Shown here: piece after piece, positions 50,011 through 62,000 of the stretch
How the letters are laid out: each line of letters begins with the position of its first letter
Position numbering within the stretch: the stretch's first letter is position 1
Assembly (NCBI GenBank): GCA_965207375.1
Contig: OZ242274.1
Location: 1,728,001 to 1,792,000 of the forward strand
Source: Nitrosopumilaceae archaeon
GTDB lineage: Archaea > Thermoproteota > Nitrososphaeria > Nitrososphaerales > Nitrosopumilaceae
Direction: 5' to 3'
Length of the DNA stretch: 64,000 nucleotides
The notes under the pieces: generated by a model
Seen by the model: only the letters and a program-made list of their open reading frames with translations
Database searches by the model: none
Told to the model about the DNA's origin: nothing
Position numbers and translations under genes: made by a program

Positions 50011-53000
50011 TTACGTGCGGATAGATCTATTTCGACGCATCAACAAATATACCAAAGCAACCACAGCAAACACACCCAGTATAGAATATACTATCAGCAG
50101 TGATGTTTGTGATAGGATGGATGGAGAAGAGTTTGTCTGCTGAATATCTGTTGGCTCTACAGAGATAACCGGTTCCAGTGGTTCAACGGGATCTAATGGC
50201 TCTGTAGGTTTTACAGGTTCTGTTGGTTCCAGTGGTTCAACGGGATCTAATGGTTCTGTAGGTTTTACAGGTTCTGTTGGTTCCAGTGGTTCAACGGGAT
50301 CTAATGGTTCTGTAGGTTTTACAGGTTCTGTTGGTTCCAGTGGTTCAACGGGATCTAATGGCTCTGTAGGTTTTACAGGTTCTGTTGGTTCCAGTGGTTC
50401 AACGGGATCTAATGGCTCTGTAGGTTTTACAGGTTCTGTTGGTTCTACATCATCAGTATCTGCTCGTTCAGTCATGTCACCAGATAATTTGTCACCAGTA
50501 TCAGATACAAGATTGCCTAAAGAATCACTTACTGAAATGCCCTTAATTATATCAAAGCGATGCACGCTTGAGCATTCACCAGATAGGGATAACGGCAATG
50601 TGGCTTTTTTGCCACTTTTATCATACACATTTATCTTAAAGGAAGACACGTCCGTTGACATGTCTGCAAAGTCGAACATGTACAGTTTTATCGGAGTATA
50701 TTTTGACACATATTTTGAAATATCGATATTGTAATTTTGTCCTATAATCGTAGTTTCCCCATAAGATACAGATGCTGCAAGATTGTCTCCATATGTAGCT
50801 GCAACAAGGACAAAATTGTTATGGATACCGCATTGATTGTATGTAACAGCTACAGGACCCAAGGTAAATCCACCACCACCTGCTCGGGATTGTACTTTGC
50901 CGGAGCTAGGTGAACTGACTGTGGTATCTTTATTTTCAACTGTATCAACTATGCGTACTGTCCTAGTCTGAGGTTCGGCATGATTGCTAGTAGAATCTAC
51001 ACATCTGTATGCTATTGTATAATCACCTAGAGTATCGGTAGTAACGCTACTTGTGTCAGCTGTAAGAGTAGGGTTTGGATCCATATCATCGATACATGTA
51101 ACATCCTTTAGTGCATCCACATTAGAAAAAACAGAATTTTTGTTTATTGTGATTGTATCAGAACCTATTATTTTAATTACGGGAGGAATTATATCGGAAT
51201 CTACAGTAAATGTAGGAGTTGCACTGACAATGACAAATGCTGGGCCTATCCCTACAGCATTAGTTGTATTTACTCTGAAATCATATGGTACGCCGTTTGT
51301 TAGATTTGACACAGTATATGACGTTACATTTCCTATAACATATGCATGGCTGGGCCATGGATCTGATGATGCCTTGTACTGTATAACATATCCGGTAATA
51401 GTGGATCCTCCATTGTCAGTAGGTGCAGTCCAACTCAATACTATTTGTATATCACCAGATGTAGCAAATAAATCTGATATTGCTGTAAGACCTGTTGGTG
51501 CAGCAGGTGTTCCAATTACGGTTACATTTCTAGTTTGTTGTATAGCAGAGTTGTTTGCATCATCAGTACAGATGTATGTTACGGTGTAGCTGCCAACAAT
51601 TGCAGTGTTGACATTTGTAATATCAGCTGTAAGAGTGGGACTTGAATCTTCAGTGTCTGTACATGTAACACCTACAAGTGCATCTGTAGCAGTAAAGGCA
51701 GAGTGTTGATGTACTATTATGGCATCAACAGGTGTTGCAATTACAGGTGGAACAGTATCAGGTACAGTGGATGCTGCAGGTGTTGCCTGTGCGGTACCAG
51801 AGGATATACCTGTACCTGCAATATTTGTGGCGTTGATTCTGAAATCGTACTGTATGCCGTTTGTCAGACTCGTGATAATACCAGTTGTTACATTGTTTAC
51901 AGTGGTACTAGTGCCAGGCCATGGATCTGATGAGGCTTTATGTTGTATGACATATCCAGTGATTGCAGAACCACCGTTGTTTGTAGGCGCAGTCCAGGAT
52001 AGAGACGCCTGTGCGTTGCCTGAATTGGCTACAGGACTAGATGGTGCACTAGGAACCGTAATGACATTTACTGTACGGACTGCATCTACAGAATTGTTAG
52101 AGTCGTCAGTACAGGTGTATGTTACCGTGTATGAACCAGCCGCAGAGTCATCAACTGTACTTGTATCAGTGAGCGTAGGAGTGGTATCTACATTGTCAGT
52201 ACATGTGGCACCTGCGTCTACATATGTTGTACCTACAGATATCGTAACATGATTATCACCGTTGATTACAATTGTAGGTGCGATATTATCAGGTGCTACA
52301 GGTGTTGCCTGTGCAGTACTTGATGCAGGACCTGTTCCTGCAATATTTGTTGCATTTACTCGAAACTGGTATGGTGTATCGTTTGTGAGACCTGTGACAG
52401 TTGTAGATGTTATAACAGATACCGCATCAGTAAAGGTACTCCATGATGTTCCTGCATTTGCACTGTATTGTATTGTATAATCTGTAATTGCAGAGCCTCC
52501 GTTGTTAGACGGGGCAGTCCATGACAATTCAACCTGTGCGTTGCCAGGAGTTGCTATAAGACCTGTTGGTGCAGCAGGTATTCCAATCACATTCACTGTA
52601 CGAACATGTTGTATGGCAGAATTGTTTGCAGCATCAGTACAGATGTACGTTACTGTATATTGGCCAACAGTAGAGGTATCAACGGTTCCGGTTTGTGTAA
52701 GTGAAGGATTAGGATCAAGGTTGTCAGTGCATGTTGCACCTGCGTCAGTGTATGTGGTGCCCAGTGTTATCGTGATAGAGTTTGCTCCGTTTATTGTAAT
52801 TACAGGTGCAGTCGTATCAGTAACAGGTGCTACAGGTGTTGCAGAAGCAGTAACAGATGTAGATCCCGTTCCTACTGTATTTGTAGCAGATACTCTGAAC
52901 TGGTAAGTTTGTCCGTTTGTCAAACCGGTAACAGTTGCAGTGGTGCCGGTTCCGATACCATCAGTAAAGGTACTCCATGATGTTCCTGCATTTGCACTGT

Positions 53001-56000
53001 ATTGTATTGTATAATCTGTAATTGCAGAGCCTCCGTTGTTAGACGGGGCAGTCCATGACAATTCAACCTGTGCGTTGCCAGGAGTTGCTATAAGACCTGT
53101 TGGGGCAGCAGGTATTCCAATTACTGTTACATTTCTAGTTTGTGATATAGCAGAGTTGTTTGCATCATCAGTACAGCTGTACGTTACAGTGTAGCTGCCA
53201 ACAATTGCAGTATTGACATTTGTAATATCGGCTGTAAGAATGGGGCTTGAATCTTCAGTGTCTGTACATGTAACACCTACAAGTGCATCTGTAACAGTAA
53301 AGGCAATATTTTGGTGTACTATGATAGCATTGCTAGGGGTTGCAATTACAGGTGGAACAGTATCAGGTACAGTAGATGCTACAGGAGTTGCCTGTGCGGT
53401 ACCAGATGATAGACCTGTTCCTGCAATATTTGTAGCATTGATTCTAAAATCATACTGTATGCCGTTTGTTAAACTAGATATCGTATGAGAAGTAACATTT
53501 CCTATAGTAACAGTGGTGCCAGGCCATGCATCTGTTGATGGTTTATGTTGTATGACATATCCGGTAATTGCAGATCCTCCATTATTAGGGGCAGTCCAGG
53601 ATAGAACGATTTGCGCATCACCAGGAGTTGCTATAAGACCTGTTGGGGCAGCAGGTATGGTTCTAGGTGTTACACCTACACTATCAGATGCTATACCCGT
53701 ACCTGCTGTATTTGTAGCAAATACTTGGAACTGATATGTAACTCCGTTTGTTAGACCTGTGACAGTTGTAGTTGTATCTGTGTTAGTGCCGTCATTGACT
53801 GCAATCCAGTTTGTTCCTGCATCTACACTGTACTGTATGGTATAATCGGTAATTGCAGATCCTCCTGTATCAGTTGGTGCAGTCCAGGACAGAGACACCT
53901 GTGAATTTCCAGGTGTTGCTGCAAGACCGGTTGGTTGACCTGGAACACTTCGTGGTGTTGCCTGTACTATACCAGATGATACGCCTGTGCCTGCCTGATT
54001 CGTTGCGTTAATTCTGAAATCATACTGTATGCCGTTTGTTAAACCTGTAATGGTATTAGAGGTTACATTGCCTAGAGTAACAGAGGTGCCAGGCCACGGA
54101 TCTGTTGATAGTTTATGTTGTATGGTATATCCTGTAATTGGGCTACCTCCGTTGTTTGTAGGTGCAGTCCAGGATAGAGACACCTGTGCGTTTCCCGGAT
54201 TGGCTGCAGGATTGGTTGGTGCAGCAGGTATGGTTCTAGGTGTTGCATCAGCAGTAGCAGAGAGCGTACTTTGTCCTATGTTAGTTACAGCAAATACTTG
54301 GAACTGATATTCCTGTCCATTTGTTAGACCTGTAACAGTTGTAGAGGTATCGTGGTTAACGCCATCATCAAATGTACTCCATGAGGTTCCAGCATTTGCA
54401 CTATACTGTATGAGATAATCTGTAATTGCAAAGCCGCCTGTATCAGATGGTGCAGTCCAAGATAGGGACACCTGTGCGTTGCCAGGTGTTGCTCTGAGAT
54501 CTGTTGGTGCGTCTGGTGCATCTTGTGGAGTTGCAAATATTGGGATTGATGCCTCACCAGTTCCTACAACATTTGTGGCATTTACTCTAAAATCGTACTG
54601 TACACCGTTTATCAGATTCTCGATTCGCCATGAGGGTATGTTGGTGACGATAACAGACGTACCGGGCCACTCTGCAGATGATGGCTTGTATTGTAATGTA
54701 TATCCTATAATTGCAGAGCCGCCATTGTTAGTTGGTGCAGTCCAGAGCAGTACGACATTTCTGTCTCCAGGTACGGCAGATAAGCCAGTAGGTGCACCTG
54801 GAACTGTAATAACAATTACTGTACGAACTGCTTGTGCAGAATTATTAGAGTTATCTACACAGATGTATGTTACAGTGTATGAACCAGCTGTAGAGTCATC
54901 AACTGTACTGACGGCATTAAGGGTAGGAGTAGAATCTGTATCATCAGTACATGTGGCACCAGCGTCTACATATGTTGTACCTATAGATATCGTAACAGGA
55001 TTGGCACCGTTTATTGTAATTGTAGGCGGTGTACTATCAGGTACAGTAGATGCTACAGGGATAGCCTGTACGATACCAGACGATACACCTGTACCTGCTG
55101 TATTTGTAGCGTTAATTCTGAAATCATACTGTACACCGTTTGTCAGACCTGTGATGATATGTGAAGTGACATTACCTATAGTGGTACTAGTACCAGGCCA
55201 TGGATCTGTTGATTCCTTATGCTGTATTGTATATCCTGTAATTGGGCTACCGCCATTGTTTGTAGGCGGAATCCAGGTTAATGAGACCTGTGTGTTGCTA
55301 GGTGTTGCAGATAAGCCGGTTGGTGCTGTAGGTCTTCCAATTACATCCAGCGATACAACGTTTGATGCTACATTATCATTGCCTACGACATCCTGTGCAG
55401 AACCGGCAGGTATGCTTACGGTCAATAGTCCCCGTGAGGAGTTTATCACATCAAAGTGCATGTCGCGCTGTACGTAAATTCGGTTATTATTAGAATCAGA
55501 TATGTAAATTTCTCCCTTATCTCCAAGGATAATTCCTGAGGGGTATTGAAACCGATCGTTGCCTGAACCTAAACTATCAAACTGAGATAGGTAATTGCCA
55601 GAGCTATCAAATATTTGGATTCTATCATTACCTATTTCTGCAACATACATGTGATCTGTACCGTTGATTGCTATTCGGTAGGGAGAATCAAACTGACCGT
55701 CGCCTGCACCTTCACTACCAAATTCGGTTAGAAAGTTGCCTGCATTATCAAAGATTAGAATTACATCTCTATGTTGATCAGTCACAAAGATATGACCTGT
55801 AGAATTTATTGCAATGCCTATGGCGGTCTGAAATCCACCTTCGGTAAGACCAAAATTTCCAAATTCTGACAGATAGTTGCCAGAAATATCAAAGATTTTA
55901 ATATTATTATTGCCAGTATTTACCACATACACATGGCCTGTATCGGTGATTGTTATTCCTTGTGGACGAGTAAGTTGATTATCTCCAAGATCATTGCTAC

Positions 56001-59000
56001 CAAACTGGGACACATATTTGCCAGAGCTATCAAATATTTGGATTCGGTGATTGTCGGTATCTGGAACATAGACGTAACCCGTGCTGTTGATTGCAATTCC
56101 TATAGGGTCTGCAAACTGGCCGTCACCTGAGCCTGCACTACCAAACTGTGAAACATATACGCCCTCATTATCAAATATCTGGACGCGATTGTTGAATGAA
56201 TCTACTACAAATATGTGACCGGTGCCGTTGATTGCAATATCCTCGGGGGCATCAAACTGGCCATCACCTGAGCCTCCACTACCAAAAGAGCCGTAAAACG
56301 GCGTAATTAAATTCTGTATTGTCCCAGAAGATGTCAAAATATCAGAGGATGTAATACCGGTCACATGCTCGCTGAATCGTGCAATAAATGAAATGGTAGA
56401 AAGAGAGGTAGGATCAGGCGATGCTACAGGCGATGCTACAGACAGTACCACAGATGGAGGTGTGGCATCAAATACCAATGATGATACAGTTGATGCAGAA
56501 CCTGTTCCAACTATATTTGTAGCATTTACTCTGAAATCATATCGTAGGCCGTTTGTAAAACCAGTTAGATCATGAGAGGTAATATTTCCTAGAGTAACAG
56601 ATGTTCCGGGCCAAGCAGAAGAGGATACTTTGTATTGTATAACATATCCAGTTATTGGACTACCACCGTTATTAGGGGCAGTCCAAGATAGAGACATCTG
56701 TTGTCTTTCTTGTTGTATTGTAAAGTCAGTTGGTGCAGCAGGTGTTCCAATTACGGTTACATTTCTAGTTTGTGATATAGCAGAGTTGTTTGCATCATCA
56801 GTACAGCTGTACGTTACGGTGTAGCTGCCAACAATTGCAGTGTTGACATTTGTAATATCGGCTGTAAGAATGGGGCTTGAATCTTCAGTGTCTGTACAGG
56901 TAACACCTACAAGTGCATCTGTAACAGTAAAGACAGTATTTTGGCGTACTGTTATGGCATCGCTAGGTGTCGCAATTACAGGAGGGGTGGTATCAGGTGC
57001 AATGGATACCACAGGTGTTGCCTGTGCGGTACCAGATGATAGACCTGTTCCTGCAACATTTGTGGCATTGATTCTAAAATCGTACTGTATGCCGTTTGTT
57101 AAACTAGGTATCGTATGAGAGGTAACATTTCCTATAGTAACAGTGGTGCCAGGCCATGCATCTGTTGATGGTTTATGTTGTATGGCATATCCAGTGATTG
57201 GGCTACCTCCGTTATTAGGGGCAATCCAGGATAGAACTATTTGTGCATCACCAGGTGTTGCTGTAAGAGTAGTTGGTGCAGCAGGTATGGTTCTAGGAGT
57301 TGCATCAGCAGTACTAGATGATTCACCTGTTCCTGCAACATTTGTGGCATTTACTCTGAATCGATAAGTATCTCCGTTTGTGATACCTGTGACAGTTGCA
57401 GAGGTATCTGTGCTAGTGCCGTCATTGACTACAGTCCAAGATGCTCCTGCATTTGCACTGTATTGTATTGTATAATCAGTAATTGCAGAGCCACCGGTAT
57501 TAGAGGGGGCAGTCCAAGATAGAGACACCTGTGCGTTACCTGGAGTTGCTGTAAGACCAGTTGGTGCAGCAGGTATGGTTCTAGGAGTGGCACCAACAGG
57601 ATCAGATGCTCTACCTGTACCTGCTGTATTTGTAGCAAATACTTGGAACTGATATGTAACTCCGTTTGTTAGATCTGTAACAGTTGTAGAGGTGTCGGTT
57701 CCCATACCGTCTGCAAATGCGGTCCAGATGTTGCCATCGGTACTGTACTGTATTGTATAATCTGTAATTGCTGAACCTCCAGTATTAGAGGGAGCAGTCC
57801 AAGATAGAGACACCTGTGCGTTACCTGGAGCTGCTGTAAGACCAGTTGGTACACCCGGAACACCTATCGGAGTTGCAGATACAGTGTTTGAAGATATACC
57901 TGTGCCTGCAACATTTGTGGCATTGATTCTGAAATCATACTGTATGCCGTTTGTCAGGCTTGTTATGATACGTGATGTTACATTGTTTACAGTAACAGAT
58001 GTTCCAGGCCAAGTATTAGATGATTCTTTATACTGTATTGTATATCCGGTAATTGGAGAACCTCTGTTATTTGTAGGTGCAGTCCATGACAATGTAACTT
58101 GTGCATTGCTAGGTTCTGCTGTAAGAGTTGGTTCACTAGGGGTTCCAATTACTGTTACATTCCTACTCTTCTGTACGGCAGAGTTGTTTGCATCATCTGT
58201 ACAGCTGTACGTTACAGTGTAGCTGCCAACAATTGCAGTGTTGACATTTGTAATATCAGCTGTAAGAGAGGGGTTTGAATCTTCAGTATCTGTACAGGTA
58301 ACACCTACAAGTGCATCTGTAACAGTAAAGGCAGCATTTTGGTGTACTATTATGGCATTGCTAGGTGTTGCAATTACAGGCGGAGTAGTATCAGGTGAAG
58401 TAGATGCTGTAGGTGTTGCCTTTGCAGTGTCGGATACAGGACCTATTCCTGCTGTATTTGTGGCGTTGATTCTGAAATCATATGGCACATTGTTTACAAG
58501 ATCTCTGATTGTATATGATCCAATATTTCCTACAGTGACAGTGGCAGTGGTACTAGACCAAATGGATGTAGATACCTTGTGTTGTATGACATATCCAGTA
58601 ACAGGTGAACCGCCGTCATCATGTATAGTCCAAGACAGAACAACTTGTGCGTTACCAGGTGTAGCTGTAAGACTCGGTGCACCCGGTAGGGTTCTAGGAG
58701 TAGTAGTAGCAATAGCAGAAGGCATACTTGTTTCTACAGTATTTGTAGCAAATACCCTAAATTGGTAAGTAACTCCGTTTGTCAAACCTGTAACAGTTGT
58801 AGTGGTTGTAGTTCCAATACCGTCATTAAATGTGTGCCAAGAAGTACCAGAGTTTGAGCTGTACTGTATAATATAATCTACAATTGCAGAGCCGTCAGTA
58901 TCAGGTGGTGCAGTCCAGGACAGAGTAACTTGAGTGTTGCCAGGGGTAGCTGTAAGACCTGTTGGCATACCAGGCGTTCCAACTATATTCAAAGATACAA

Positions 59001-62000
59001 TATTTGAGACAGTATTATTATTTCCTGATGCATCCTGTGCAGAACCTGCAGGTATGCTTACTGTTAACTGTCCTTTTGCAGGATTTACCACACTAAAAAA
59101 ATATGCATCGCGTTGTACGTAGATTCGGTTGTGTTCATTATCGGTTATGTAAGTTCCCTGAGTCGGACCAAAGGCAATATCAACCAGACGGGAAAAATTT
59201 GGAGGGGCAAAATCTGAGAGATAATTGCCAGAAGGATCATATGTCTCAAAGCTGTGATAAAGATAGTACTTTACATAAATACGATCAGATGAGTCAATTG
59301 CCACATTAATTGGAGAAAAAGATCCGGGGGCCGTATTTCCAAGCTGCGATAGATACTTGCCGGTATCGTCAAAGATTTGTATGCGGTGGTTGTTAAAATC
59401 TGCCACAAATATGTGACCTGTACTGTTTATTGCTAGTCCGCGGGGGAGGCCAAATTGTCCATCTCCTGAGCCTGCACTGCCAAACTGTGATAGGTATTTG
59501 CCGGTATCGTCAAAGATTTGTATGCGGTGGTTTCCATGATCTGCCACAAATATGTGACCTGTAGAGTTTATTGCTATTCCTTGTGGGGAGTTAAACTGTC
59601 CATCTCCTGCGCCTGCACTGCCAAACTGTGAGATAAATTTACCAGAGGGGTCAAATATCGAAATGCGATTGTTACCCGAATCTGCCACATGTATATTACC
59701 CAAAGGACCCACTGCAATATCACCTACACCATTAAACCTGTCATTGCCTGAGCCGGTACCACCAAACTCTGAGATATAGGTACCCGTACCATCAAATATC
59801 GAAATGATGCTGTCAGTATCATCTGCCGCAAATATGTGACCTGTGGAGTTTATTGCAATTGAACCTGCACTGGCAAACTGGCCGTCGCCTGAGCCGATAC
59901 CTCCAAAGTGACCATTAACAGGGGAAAACATAATCTGCGCTGTTCCAGAAGATATTGAAATATCAGATGCATTAAATCCAGTTACAGGTTCACTGAATCG
60001 GACTATAAACGGAATTGTGGAAAGATTTGTTGGATCAGGAGACAGAGTAGTCAATATCACAGATGGAAATTCCGCATCAATTGTAAAGGATATGACATCA
60101 GATGCAGTACCATTTCCTACAGCATTTGTTGCATTCATTCTTAAATCGTACTGACCACTTTCAAGACCGTATATTGTATGCAAGGTAACTTGAGGCACTC
60201 GCACAGATGTTCCTGGCCACTCCTCTGTTGATAATTTGTACTGTACAATGTATCCAGTAATAGGTGAACCTCCGTTTCCGGGAGCAACCCAACCCAGTTC
60301 TATTTGTCCACCACTTGGCGTCGAAGATGTGATAACAGGTACGCCGGGGACTGTGCGAGGTGTGGCGCTGACAATATCAGATGTGTCACTTTCTCCTGCA
60401 ATGTTTATAGCAGATACTTGAAATTGGTATTCCTGTCCGTTTGTCAGACCGGTGATAATAGCAGATGTTGTATTTGAGATGCCATCATCAAATGCTTGCC
60501 AGGACGTACCTGAATCAGAACTATACTGTACTGTATAATCAGTGATTTCAGAGCCTCCATCATCAGATCTAGTCCAATTAAGTGTAACTTGTGCATTGCC
60601 ATATGTTGCAGTTAAACCAGTTGGCTTGTCAGGTATTTTAATTACGGTCAAAGTTATCTCATTTGAGGCAATGTTATCTATGCCTGCTTTATCCTGTACA
60701 GACCCTGCAGGTATGCTTACTGTAAGTTCTCCTTGTATCGGGTTTGTTACATCAAAAGAGTATACATCGCGTTGTGCATAGATTCTATTGTTTGAACTAT
60801 CTACTACATATAGGAATCTAGAATCGATGGTAATGCCTTTTGGGGAATTAAACTTGTCGTCGCCTGAGCCATGACTACCAAACTTTGAGACAAAGTTTCC
60901 TGAAGAATCAAAAATCTGGATACGATGATTGTTTGTATCTGCAACATAAACGTGGCCTGTACCGTTGATGGCTATTCCTTGTGGCGCGTTGAATTGACTA
61001 TCACCTGAGCCATGACTACCAAACTTTGAGACAAAGTTTCCTGAAGAATCAAAAATCTGGATACGATTCTGATTCAAATCCGTCACGTATATGTATCCTG
61101 TATCGTTGATTGCTATACCGTAAGGCTGGATAGTCTGACCATCATTTGTACCTCTGCTGCTAAAGAAGGAAATGCGCGTATTAGAACTATCAAATATCTG
61201 GATGCGATTTTGGTATGAACTTTCTGTCACATATATGTATCCAGTGCCGTTGATGGCTATGTCTTGAGGTTCATTAAATCCAGGGATTTGTGAAACATGT
61301 TTTCCTGTACTGTCAAATATCTGGACACGATTGTTTCCAAGATCTGCCACGTATACGTAACCTGTACCATTGATGGCTATTCCGGTTGGCTGATCAAGCT
61401 GATCATTGCCCGAACCACTTTCTCCAAAATCTGAAATATATTTTCCTGTACTGTCAAATATCTGAATAGTATCTGAACTTGCATCTGTCACATATACATA
61501 ACCCGTACCGTTAACTGCTATTCTATCTGGAGTCGAAAGAGGATCTGTACCAAAGTAGCTAATTGGTGGAATTAAATTCTGAATGGTTCCAGAGGAGATA
61601 GAAATATCTGATGCGTTAAAGCCAACAATAGGTTCGTTGAATCTAGCAACAAATGGAACTGAGGTAAGAGTAGTTGGGTTGGATGCAAATGTAGACAATG
61701 TCACATAAGGTTTGGCAATGATAAATTGAAGGGACACAGTAGTAGATGCTGTGCCTGCTCCTGCAGCATTTGTAGCATTTACTCTAAAATCATAAAACAC
61801 ATCTTCTGTCAGACCGGTTATTATATGAGAGGTAAAATTGCCTATGTTCACAGATGTACCAGGCCACTCTGCTGATTGTTCCTTGTACTGTATGATATAG
61901 CCGGTGATAGGTGAGCCTCCGTTACTAGGTGCGCTCCAGGACAGTGACATCAACAAGTCATCAGGTGTTGCAGTTAGACCTATAGGAGTGCTAGGTACTG

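Noticed and set aside
50171-50446. Regular 54-bp repeats resembling an array
   Set aside because: In-frame coding Pro/Glu stalk of the giant protein.
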